This document shows, one piece after another, positions 1 to 8,673 of a stretch of DNA of 20,929 nt (the stretch's first letter is position 1; every line of letters starts with the position of its first letter). The position numbers were made by a program, and so were the translations under genes. The notes beneath the pieces are model-generated. The model did not search any database and had not been told where the DNA came from. It was given only the letters and a program-made list of their open reading frames with translations. The stretch is from positions 1 to 20,929 of the forward strand of contig JBHLLO010000055.1 in NCBI GenBank assembly GCA_048885535.1, given 5' to 3'. This DNA comes from Candidatus Hermodarchaeota archaeon (lineage in GTDB: Archaea; Asgardarchaeota; Lokiarchaeia; Sigyniarchaeales; SOKP01).

Positions 1-3000
1 CTAGCTTTTGCTACAGACATTCTTACTAAATCCTTAGCTTTTTCTGTAGCTTCTTCTGGAGAGTGCATATGCACCCAAGAGCATTGATCTCTAATATTCG
101 CTAGATCAAAAAGGTATTTATTTAAACCTGCTTCTCTAATAGTAGCTTGGAATAGTGGTTCGTGCGTTCTTGGCGTACAAGATGCCACAATCACTCTATT
201 TAAATTATATTCTTTTATCTTTTCTTTTATTATTGTTTGCGTATCAGCTGAACAGGTATACAGATTTCTTTCAGTATATACTACATCTGGTAAAGTACTA
301 GCATAATCAACCACTTCAGGGACATCGACAACTCCTCCAATATTGATTCCACAATGACATACAAAAACTCCAATACGAGTTTGCTCACCACTTATATCAC
401 GTTCCTCAAAATGCATTTCTTGAGCTACTAGTGTATCCCTAACATCAGATAAAAGTACATTCACGGCTCCTGCTGCCGCGCTAGCTTCTATCACAGTTTC
501 TGGAATATCTTTAGGTTCCTTAAATGTTCCACATACATAAATTCCAGGTCGGGAAGTTTCACTTGGATTGAATGTATTAGTCTTACAGAAACCATATTCA
601 TTTAAAGCGACATTCAATTCTTTTGCTAATGTTGATACGGTTGAATTGGGTTGTATACCAATAGATAAAACGACTAAATTAAAAACTTCTTCCACCACTT
701 TCCCTTCTTCTGTTTCGAATTTAATCTTTAAATCTTCAGAATCAGGAATTTCACTTATAGAGGAAATTCTACTTCGAATATACCTTATACCATAGTCATT
801 CTTGGCTCGTTCAATATATTTTTCGAAATCTTTCCCATGTGCTCTTATATCCATGCTAAAAATCGTCGGTTCAACATTTTCTGAATGTTCTTTAGCGATA
901 ACTGCTTCTTTGGTGGTGTACATACAACACATTGATGAGCAATATTCATGACCAATTTTTTTATCCCTTGAACCAACACAATGCAAAAATGCAATCTTTT
1001 TAGGAGTTGTATGATCTGAAGGACGAACCACTTCTCCTTTAAACGGACCAGATGCATTAAGAATACGTTCAAATGCTATGCTTGTAATTACGTTTTTATA
1101 TACGCCATATCCATAAACATTTCCTTCTTCGGGAATATATTCATCAGAGCCAAGTGCCAAAATTATAGCTCCAACATTAATAGAAACTATCTCATCAGTT
1201 AAAGTGTGATCAACAGCGTCTGCCAAACAAGCTCTCACACATTCAAAACATTCACAGCAGGAAGCACAATTGAGACAACGATTAGCTTCTTCAATAGCTT
1301 CTTGTTCATTAAAAGTCATTGTTTCCTCTTCAAAATTCATTATACGTTCATTAGGTACGCACACGTTGCATTCTTTTCGTTCTTGGCATGAAAATCTCTC
1401 AATGTTCTCAATATCATCCATTCCAATAATTTCTTCCTCACAATAATTAGGAATTGTTTCTATTTCTTCTGAAATTACTTCATCTTTTAAAAATTTCTCA
1501 AGGATTATCGCAGCTTTATTTCCAATTGCTATTGCTTCTATTGCTGAACCCGGTCCCTTTACTATTTCGCCACCTGCGAAGATCCCAGGAATATTGGTTT
1601 CAAAAGTTTTTTCATTAATTTGAATCAGATTTGATTTATCAAATTCTAGTTCGTCTTGACACGCAGCTTGTATTAAAGAGAAATCTGCTTCTTGACCAAT
1701 AGCTAGAATCACTGTATCAATTTTCATTTTAAACTCAGAATTTTTTATTGGTACAGGTCGTCTTCTTCCTGAAGCATCAAGATCCCCCAATTCCATTCTA
1801 ATGCATTCTATTTCAGCAACTTTTTTAGCTTTATCACCATAAATCTTTACTGGATTAGTTAAAAATTGAAATTCTATGCCTTCTTCTTTTGACATTTCAA
1901 TTTCTTCTTTTGAAGCAGGCATTTCTTGTTCAGAACGTCTATAAATAATAATGACTTTTTTTGCCCCTAATCTAAGAGCAGAGCGAGCAGCATCCATAGC
2001 TACATCTCCTCCCCCAACTACACCAACAAACTTATCTTTAATGTTAGGTGTTTCTACTCCCAAATTTAAATTTCTGAGAAATTCTACTCCATATAAAACG
2101 TTCTTTAGATCATCTCCTTCTATTTTCATCTCTCGACTCTTATGAAGGCCAATAGAAATGAATATGGCTTTATATCCTTGCTTCTTTAAATCACTAAAAG
2201 TAAGATCTGGTCCAAAACAGGCATTTGTTTTTATTTCTACCCCATATCTCTTGATGTGATCAATGTCCGCTTCTAATATTTCAGGTGGTAATCTATAATC
2301 AGGTATGCCTATTCTAAGCATTCCCCCCGCTACTGATTCTTTTTCAAAAATGGTAACTGGATATCCTCGTCTTGCTAGATGATATGCAACAGTTAATCCT
2401 GCGGGACCTGAACCAATAATAGCAACCTTCTCTTTCTTTTTGTCTTCTAAAAAGGTGATTTTTTCTTCAAAATTCTCTCTTACATGATCAGCTACAAATC
2501 TTTTCAATCCACAAATGTTTACAGGTTCATCTACTTCCTTTCGATTACAAGCATCTTCGCAATAATGAGGACAAATTCGCCCGATCACAGATGGAAGTGG
2601 ACATCTTTCTCTTATGAGGTCTAAAGCCTCTTGATAACTTCCTTTAGAAATCAATTGGACATATCCCTGGGTATTTATATGAGCAGGACATGCATCTCGA
2701 CAAGGAGACACTCCCCTTTTATCTATTAAAGTTTTAAAAGGAACGGCTTGAGGGAATTGAAGATACATTGCTTTCCGATCACTTAAGCCCTGATTAAATT
2801 CATCAGGCATTTGTACTGGGCATTGTTGGATACATTCTCCACACCCCGTACATTTATCTTCATGAATATATCTTGTTCTTTTATTAATTTTGACGTTAAA
2901 ATTACCTGCTTTTCCATTAACACTTAGGACATCAGCATTGGTAATTAATTCAATATTAGGGTCTCTATCAACAGCAACAAGTTTAGGAGCCAAAATGCAC

Positions 3001-3179
3001 ATAGAGCAATCATTCGTGGGGAATGTTTTATCCAGCTGAGCCATTACTCCTCCAATTGAAGGGTTATTTTCAACAAGAAAGACTTTGATCCCAGAATTTG
3101 CTAAATCTAATGCTGCTTGACATCCTCCAATCCCTGCTCCTACAACTAATGCTGCTCCTACTTTACTTTCTTCACTCAT
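1..3179 (-). CDS. hdrA: HdrL-type heterodisulfide reductase subunit A-like polyferredoxin flavoprotein (HdrA + inserted GltD-like NAD(P)H module + second HdrA module); 3' end lies beyond the window edge
   Basis: Translated by hand from ATG 3179: MSEESKVGAALVVGAGIGGCQAALDLA (FAD-binding), LDKTFPTNDCSMC, CTGCGECIQQCP, CRDACP..CPHYCEDACNR, VAIIGSGPAG, GGGDVAMDAARSALRLG..IYRR, RCLNCASCCECFECVRAC, HCVGSRD..CSSMCC, PKDIPETV, then a new HdrA start RIGVFVCHCGINIGG..ATEKAKDLVRMSVAKA. The same frame holds at positions 3179, 1319 and 59. It is missing from the ORF track because it has no stop in the window. Confidence 0.95.
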   Translation of the reverse strand, partial: MSEESKVGAALVVGAGIGGCQAALDLANSGIKVFLVENNPSIGGVMAQLDKTFPTNDCSMCILAPKLVAVDRDPNIELITNADVLSVNGKAGNFNVKINKRTRYIHEDKCTGCGECIQQCPVQMPDEFNQGLSDRKAMYLQFPQAVPFKTLIDKRGVSPCRDACPAHINTQGYVQLISKGSYQEALDLIRERCPLPSVIGRICPHYCEDACNRKEVDEPVNICGLKRFVADHVRENFEEKITFLEDKKKEKVAIIGSGPAGLTVAYHLARRGYPVTIFEKESVAGGMLRIGIPDYRLPPEILEADIDHIKRYGVEIKTNACFGPDLTFSDLKKQGYKAIFISIGLHKSREMKIEGDDLKNVLYGVEFLRNLNLGVETPNIKDKFVGVVGGGDVAMDAARSALRLGAKKVIIIYRRSEQEMPASKEEIEMSKEEGIEFQFLTNPVKIYGDKAKKVAEIECIRMELGDLDASGRRRPVPIKNSEFKMKIDTVILAIGQEADFSLIQAACQDELEFDKSNLIQINEKTFETNIPGIFAGGEIVKGPGSAIEAIAIGNKAAIILEKFLKDEVISEEIETIPNYCEEEIIGMDDIENIERFSCQERKECNVCVPNERIMNFEEETMTFNEQEAIEEANRCLNCASCCECFECVRACLADAVDHTLTDEIVSINVGAIILALGSDEYIPEEGNVYGYGVYKNVITSIAFERILNASGPFKGEVVRPSDHTTPKKIAFLHCVGSRDKKIGHEYCSSMCCMYTTKEAVIAKEHSENVEPTIFSMDIRAHGKDFEKYIERAKNDYGIRYIRSRISSISEIPDSEDLKIKFETEEGKVVEEVFNLVVLSIGIQPNSTVSTLAKELNVALNEYGFCKTNTFNPSETSRPGIYVCGTFKEPKDIPETVIEASAAAGAVNVLLSDVRDTLVAQEMHFEERDISGEQTRIGVFVCHCGINIGGVVDVPEVVDYASTLPDVVYTERNLYTCSADTQTIIKEKIKEYNLNRVIVASCTPRTHEPLFQATIREAGLNKYLFDLANIRDQCSWVHMHSPEEATEKAKDLVRMSVAKA

Positions 3180-3255
3180 ATTACATCTAACAACAATTTC
3201 TACTCATAAAATTTTAAATTTTCAAAGGCAATTTAGTATACATTCCTTGTCATTC

Positions 3256-4470
3256 TTAAGCAAGGAAAAGTAATTCGCCAATAAAACTTGCTAAATCTAT
3301 TACTTTGATTTTATTTTTTAAATCTTGATGTTCAACATCTAAGGAAGGCTCATTGAGATAACAATCAAAATGTGTCCAACATTTAGGACAGGGTACAATT
3401 AAATACTCTGCTCCAGTTTCCACCGCTTCATTAATACGGTTCTGTCTAAAAACTCGTGTTGATTCGTTGCATCCTATAAAAGCTGAAACTCCACAACAGT
3501 TAGCATCGTCTTTAATATTTTCCATCTCAATTAATTGTACTCCAGGGATCTTTTTAAGTAAGTTTCTTGGAGCATCATAAAGTTTTCCTCCTAAACGCCC
3601 TAATCTACAAGCATCATGGTAGGTAACTTTTATTTTGGTTTCGTGTGGGAATCTAATATTTTCAAGGATATTTTCTTTGAGAAAAAATTCTGAGAAATGC
3701 AGAACTTCAAAGTTGTAATCTTTTATAACCTTTGGATAATCAAATTTCCACGTCCTATATCCTTCTGCGCATCCTATAATTATAGTTTTAACACCCGCAT
3801 CCCTATAAAGTTTAACATTATATTCTGCGAGTTTTTTAAATGTGTTTATATCTCCTTTACCCCACAAGATATCATGGCCGCAACACTTTTCATTTAAGAC
3901 AACTGGAATTATATTTGCTTCATTAAGTAAGCCAATTATAGTTTTTGGGATGCTAATATAATTCACATTTGATTTATAAAAGATATTTTCCATAAGGGGT
4001 AAGCATCCTGTAAAATATGCGATTTCTCCAGAATTAGCGGTTTTTAAAGCAGTATTTTTTAGAAAATCTAATTTGTTTGGACTAATTTTATCATCTGACA
4101 TTATTCTTGAAATAAGAGGAAATATTTCATCGTGAGTTTCGCATTGGATGATTTTATCTACTTGAGTACTATTGTTAAAGCCCAGTTTTCTTAATTCCAA
4201 AATTAGTTCAGGGAACTTCACTCCTGATCTCTCCTCTGTCATAGGGCAGTAATTAGTGCAAAGACCACAAGTCAGACAATCCCAAATATTATGATTCTTT
4301 ATGACCTCTTCTATAGGTGATGAGACTAAATCGACTATTAATTTTTGAGGATAAAAAACATCAATATGGGAGAGTGGACAAACATTAACACAACGATTAC
4401 AGTTATAGCAGAAATTTGCCATCGAATTAATCCTTTTTACAATATCCCCTGAAATCTTATTCACCCACAA
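3256..4470 (-). CDS. hdrD: HdrD-like Fe-S oxidoreductase (2x[4Fe-4S] + two CCG domains)
   Basis: CYNCNRCVNVCP and CLTCGLCTNYCP; CCG domains FTGC..EKCCG..GCAEG and YHDAC..NCCG..PCPKC. Co-oriented 76 bp upstream of hdrA/L. Start is uncertain (TTG 4470, GTG 4464 or a later ATG). Confidence 0.88.
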   Translation of the reverse strand: MWVNKISGDIVKRINSMANFCYNCNRCVNVCPLSHIDVFYPQKLIVDLVSSPIEEVIKNHNIWDCLTCGLCTNYCPMTEERSGVKFPELILELRKLGFNNSTQVDKIIQCETHDEIFPLISRIMSDDKISPNKLDFLKNTALKTANSGEIAYFTGCLPLMENIFYKSNVNYISIPKTIIGLLNEANIIPVVLNEKCCGHDILWGKGDINTFKKLAEYNVKLYRDAGVKTIIIGCAEGYRTWKFDYPKVIKDYNFEVLHFSEFFLKENILENIRFPHETKIKVTYHDACRLGRLGGKLYDAPRNLLKKIPGVQLIEMENIKDDANCCGVSAFIGCNESTRVFRQNRINEAVETGAEYLIVPCPKCWTHFDCYLNEPSLDVEHQDLKNKIKVIDLASFIGELLFLA

Positions 4471-4736
4471 ATTTTCATTAAGTTTTACCTTAGATGTTTT
4501 TACTTTCTTTACATGAATTTAATTAATTTAAAGTTTGTATAAGATATAATTTCCACGATTTTTCTAATTTATGCTTTTCTTTAAAAAGAATAATTATTGA
4601 TTTTATTAATTTTTTATAAATCTCTGTTGTACAATTAAATAAGAAAGATTTCAATAAATAACCTAAAAATTTAACTTTATATTACTTCTTTAATTAATAT
4701 TCTTTTCAATATTAAAGATAAAATTGCAATTAGAAA

Positions 4737-6194
4737 ATGAAAGTTTGCTTCATCAATCCAGCTCCTCGGTCTTATATAATTGAGAGAGGTCATGAAACAA
4801 CTGGAGCATATCCACCATTAGGTATTTTATATATTTTGGCATATCTGAAAAAAGAGGGCTATGAAAGCATATTAATCGATCAACACGCTACAAAAATACC
4901 AACAATTGAAGTCCTTAAACAATTAAAAAAATATGACCCTGATATAGTTGGTTTCAACACATTAACGGATATCAATATGGGTTTACGAGCAACTTTCATT
5001 GCAAAGTTGGTTAAAGAATGGAATCCGAATATAAAGACAGTATTTGGAAATTGTCATGCTACTTTTAATCATGATAGAATATTGAAAAAATATCCATTTG
5101 TTGATATATGTGTCAGAGGAGAAGGAGAACTAACCTTTCTTGATTTAGTCAAGTCTTTTGAAAGTAATAGAAATCTTAGGGATGTATTTGGAATTACATA
5201 TCGCGAAAATGGTAAAATTAAAGTCAATCCAGAAAGATCTTTGATCAAAAATCTTGATGAGCTTCCATTTCCAGATAGGGAAGCATGTGGGGATGTAATT
5301 TATTGCCAAAACTATGGAGGAGTTAACGCTGATTATGGAAAATTTACGACAATTCAATCTTCGCGAGGTTGTACTTTTAATTGTACATTTTGTTGTCAGA
5401 GTAACTTGTCAAAAAGAATATGGAGAGCTAGATCAATTCCCCACATAATCAAAGAATTAGAATATCTCGAAAGTGAGGGATATACAAATCTTTATTGGGT
5501 CGATGATAATTTTACAAACAATCCTAAAAGAGCTATAAAATTATTTCGGGAAATGGAAAAGAATAATCTCGAGTTTAACTGGGTTTGCGATCAAAGGGTG
5601 GATCTTGTTAATGATCTATTACTCCGTGAAATGAAAAGAGCTGGATGCCGGACGATCTCATTTGGTATTGAAAGTGCAAATCAAAGAATACTTGATTGTT
5701 TAAATAAAAATATTACGCCTCAAATAGCCGTTAATGCCACGAAAAAGGCAAAAAAAAGTGGTATTGATTTTATCATGGGAACTTTTGTACTTGGATTACC
5801 AACAGAAACTTTAGTAGAGATTAAAAAAACACTTGACTTTTCTCTAAAACTAGAAATTGATTATCCACAATTTCATATCTTTGGAGCGATTCCAGGAACT
5901 AAAATCTGGGATGATTTAGTTAATAAAGGAAAAATTAATCCCGATAAATACTGGGAAAATGGAGTTAAGACTTTAGTACCTCCTCTTGATGAAGTTAAAA
6001 AGTTAATCAGAAAAGCTTATTTTAAATTTTTTATGAGACCAAAATATCTCCTAGAACAAATCCCTCGCACTCTTAAAAGTAAGCACAGATTAAAAATTTT
6101 GTATTCTAATCGACACATCCTTTCTAATAGCAGAGCAGTTAGGACATTTATCGATTTTTCAATTAATACTTGGACACATGGAGATTATCCCTAA
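4737..6194 (+). CDS. Cobalamin-binding domain radical SAM enzyme (class B-like)
   Basis: N-terminal B12-binding-type domain (YPPLGILYI..DIVGF..VFGNCHAT..RGEGE), SRGCTFNCTFC CxxxCxxC motif, DDNF, SFGIESANQRIL, F-x-x-G-x-P-x-E-T. Substrate unknown. Confidence 0.92.
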   Translation: MKVCFINPAPRSYIIERGHETTGAYPPLGILYILAYLKKEGYESILIDQHATKIPTIEVLKQLKKYDPDIVGFNTLTDINMGLRATFIAKLVKEWNPNIKTVFGNCHATFNHDRILKKYPFVDICVRGEGELTFLDLVKSFESNRNLRDVFGITYRENGKIKVNPERSLIKNLDELPFPDREACGDVIYCQNYGGVNADYGKFTTIQSSRGCTFNCTFCCQSNLSKRIWRARSIPHIIKELEYLESEGYTNLYWVDDNFTNNPKRAIKLFREMEKNNLEFNWVCDQRVDLVNDLLLREMKRAGCRTISFGIESANQRILDCLNKNITPQIAVNATKKAKKSGIDFIMGTFVLGLPTETLVEIKKTLDFSLKLEIDYPQFHIFGAIPGTKIWDDLVNKGKINPDKYWENGVKTLVPPLDEVKKLIRKAYFKFFMRPKYLLEQIPRTLKSKHRLKILYSNRHILSNSRAVRTFIDFSINTWTHGDYP

Positions 6195-6249
6195 TTCAAG
6201 AGAATTTATAAATTTTTTATGCCTAATTATTAGCAAGTAAACTAAAAAA

Positions 6250-7923
6250 TTGGGCGTTTTTAAATTGAAACGAGATTTCAAAACAAAAATATTAATCTTA
6301 TTTGTATTAAGTTGCTTATGTATCTCATCAGTATTCCTTATGAAAACTATTGATATTGAGTACATTTTTAACTCAAAAAACTCAAAACAAGACATATCTA
6401 AAATCAAAAACCCACAGATATCACAGACATCTGACAGAATTCATATTAATAATAATTGGACAGAAACAAAGATTGCGGGTATATGTACAGGGAATGGCAC
6501 CTATTCTGAACCTTACATTATAAAAGATATGGTTATTGATGCAGACTTTTTAGGAAATGGCATATTAATAGAAAATTCTAAAGAATACTTCATAGTTAAG
6601 AATTGTTCTATTTATAATTCAGGAAATGGAGGGTGGGGTGCGGGAATTAAATTTAAGAATGTGAATAATTCTCAAATAATTGAAAATTATTGTTTTAATA
6701 ATTCTTTGGGAATAATTCTTAAACAAAGTCATAACAATTCTATTATCAGTAATACAGTAAATAGAATTAGCATGATAGGAATAGTTTTGAATCAAAGCTC
6801 CTATAACCATATTTTGGCTAACATAGTAGGGAATAATAGTGGAGTGACAATGGGGGCAGGAATTATTTTGTTAGGGACTAATAATTGTAGAGTTTTTGGA
6901 AATGTAATACAGAATAACAATTTAGGAATCAGTTTCTCAGATAGTTATAATAATGATATTTCAGGAAACCAAGTAAATTTTAATTCATATGGGATAGCTT
7001 CATCTTTTAGCAATAATAACTCCATTTCAGGGAATTATGTGAATAATAATCTATTTGAGGGAATTCATCTTGAACAAAGTGATTATAACAACATTTCAAG
7101 AAATGCGATGAATAATAACTCATTATATGGAATCTATCTAAGTGTCAGCGATGAAAACATAATTTCAAAGAACATTATGAACAATACTGAACGTGGGATA
7201 TATATATGGTTTGGATTTTTGAATATTATTTCAGAAAACATAGTAAATAATAATGTCGATGGAGTGTATTTATATTATACTAATTATAATAATATTTCAA
7301 AAAATATCATAAGAAATAACAGTGAAAATGGAGTAATCTTAAACAATTGTGATTATAACATGGTTTTGGAAAATGTAATCAGTGAAAATACCGAATTAGG
7401 AATAGGGTTAGATCTTAATAGTATTTACAATATAATTGCTGGTAATATTATAACACAAAATACAGATGGTATATATATGCACTATAGTGACCACATTGAA
7501 ATCCATAATAACACCATATCTTATAATTTGAATGGGATTAATATTGTGTATTGCAGTGATAATAATATCTCAGAAAATAAAATTTATGGAAATGAATATT
7601 CTGGGTTATATTTAAATAGAACTAGTTTTAACCACATCATAGGAAACGTCATAAATAATAACAATGAATATGGAATAATTTTAATAGAGAGCAACTTCAA
7701 CACAATCTCGGGAAACACCATAATAGGTAATAGAGTATGTATCACAGAGCAAAATTGTCATGATAATATATTTAGTGATAATACAGGGTGTGATTATGGT
7801 GAAGGAGGAGATGGTGGAATTCCTGTTGAAGCTATTCTCTTTACTCTTGGAGGGGTAACTCTGTTAATCTTGGTAATTATTCAATTATTTAGCAAGAGAA
7901 GAAAGAAATTGAAAAATGAATAA
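6250..7923 (+). CDS. Secreted/membrane-anchored parallel beta-helix (NosD/CASH/PbH1-repeat) protein
   Basis: N-terminal hydrophobic segment (ILILFVLSCLCISSVFL), IHINNNW..GNGTYSEPYII cap, many approx. 22-aa GIxLxxSxxNxIxxNxxxNN repeats, C-terminal TM helix followed by a basic tail (SKRRKK). Start is uncertain (TTG). Confidence 0.88.
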   Translation: MGVFKLKRDFKTKILILFVLSCLCISSVFLMKTIDIEYIFNSKNSKQDISKIKNPQISQTSDRIHINNNWTETKIAGICTGNGTYSEPYIIKDMVIDADFLGNGILIENSKEYFIVKNCSIYNSGNGGWGAGIKFKNVNNSQIIENYCFNNSLGIILKQSHNNSIISNTVNRISMIGIVLNQSSYNHILANIVGNNSGVTMGAGIILLGTNNCRVFGNVIQNNNLGISFSDSYNNDISGNQVNFNSYGIASSFSNNNSISGNYVNNNLFEGIHLEQSDYNNISRNAMNNNSLYGIYLSVSDENIISKNIMNNTERGIYIWFGFLNIISENIVNNNVDGVYLYYTNYNNISKNIIRNNSENGVILNNCDYNMVLENVISENTELGIGLDLNSIYNIIAGNIITQNTDGIYMHYSDHIEIHNNTISYNLNGINIVYCSDNNISENKIYGNEYSGLYLNRTSFNHIIGNVINNNNEYGIILIESNFNTISGNTIIGNRVCITEQNCHDNIFSDNTGCDYGEGGDGGIPVEAILFTLGGVTLLILVIIQLFSKRRKKLKNE

Positions 7924-8034
7924 GTTGAGGAATTCAGCGTTTAGGACTAAAGTATTTAAACCTTTTTTCTATGTTAAGAGCAGAAGACCCAACCTCATTC
8001 TATAGTGAAATATCAAATAATTTAGTTATTTTTT

Positions 8035-8422
8035 ATGGAAAAAACTGATAATTATTCTCTATACGTTAGAAAGTTTTTATATTTGATAATAAATACCTTA
8101 AAATGTTCTATTTATCACTAGTAAATTACTGGGTTTGATTTTTTATGAGGAAAATCGATAATAGAAAGTTAGTTTTTGTTTATATTGCAGATTCAGGTAT
8201 AAAATAAATGATGCTAAATATCCTTCAGCTTATCTTAATGAAAATGATAAATTAACTTTACTAAAGTCAAAGTCAGAAATAGATTCAATAAAAAATTTAG
8301 ATGAGATGGAAGCATTACTGTTAAGAAAGGTTAAGAACCTTGTATCTCCTCTTAAAAAGGATGATTTAGATATAAAAAATGAGAAACATGAAGGTAACCT
8401 TGCAGAAATAAATGAAGTTTAA
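8035..8422 (+). pseudogene. Possible degraded small zinc-ribbon protein gene
   Basis: ATG 8035 reads MEKTDNYSLYVRKFLYLIINTLKCSIYH*. A one-base frame change near 8119 continues SKLLGLIFYEENR**KVSFCLYCRFRYK and then stays open to TAA 8420-8422 (85 sense codons from 8165, long for AT-rich non-coding DNA). No homology check was possible. Confidence 0.4.
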
Positions 8423-8467
8423 AATTATAAATCTAAGAATACTATAATTATTAAATTAAAAGTATTT

Positions 8468-8473
8468 GAGGAG
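8468..8473 (+). promoter_or_regulatory. Shine-Dalgarno-like site
   Basis: GAGGAG 5 nt upstream of ATG 8479. Confidence 0.6.
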
Positions 8474-8478
8474 TTGAT

Positions 8479-8670
8479 ATGATACCTAAAAGTATAGTAG
8501 AAAGATTGATTAAAACAGATGTTTATATTTATCCAAGAACTGTAGATAGAGAATTTGGTGGTGTTCTAGACTCAATTACAGAGGATAATATTGTTGTATT
8601 AAAAGATAAGTACAATAATTTAATTTATATACCTTTAGATATAATAGAAATAATTACAGAAAGACGATAA
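8479..8670 (+). CDS. Small protein, probable Sm/Lsm/Hfq-like (SH3-type barrel) fold
   Basis: 63 aa with a good RBS. N-terminal helix, then VYIY..REFGGVLDSI..NIVVLKD (Sm1-like) and LIYIPLDIIEII (Sm2-like). Confidence 0.65.
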   Translation: MIPKSIVERLIKTDVYIYPRTVDREFGGVLDSITEDNIVVLKDKYNNLIYIPLDIIEIITERR

Positions 8671-8673
8671 TTA

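Noticed and set aside
2994-3020. Possible selenocysteine in HdrA (known in some archaeal HdrA proteins)
   Set aside because: The TNDCSMC motif uses TGC codons and the frame has no in-frame TGA within the window.
4461-4478. Out-of-frame ATG (MKICG-TGA) after an AAGGT at the hdrD 5' end, considered as a Sec-readthrough or frameshifted start
   Set aside because: Reading through the TGA gives only 7 more codons before TAA, with no recognisable motif; most likely chance.
4694-4715. TTAATATT-N6-AATATTAA inverted repeat upstream of the radical SAM gene
   Set aside because: A/T-only arms in a very AT-rich spacer; expected by chance.
6600-7780. Periodic AAT-rich pattern considered as a DNA repeat array or CRISPR
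   Set aside because: Explained by degenerate Asn-rich beta-helix protein repeats; there are no identical direct repeats with spacers.
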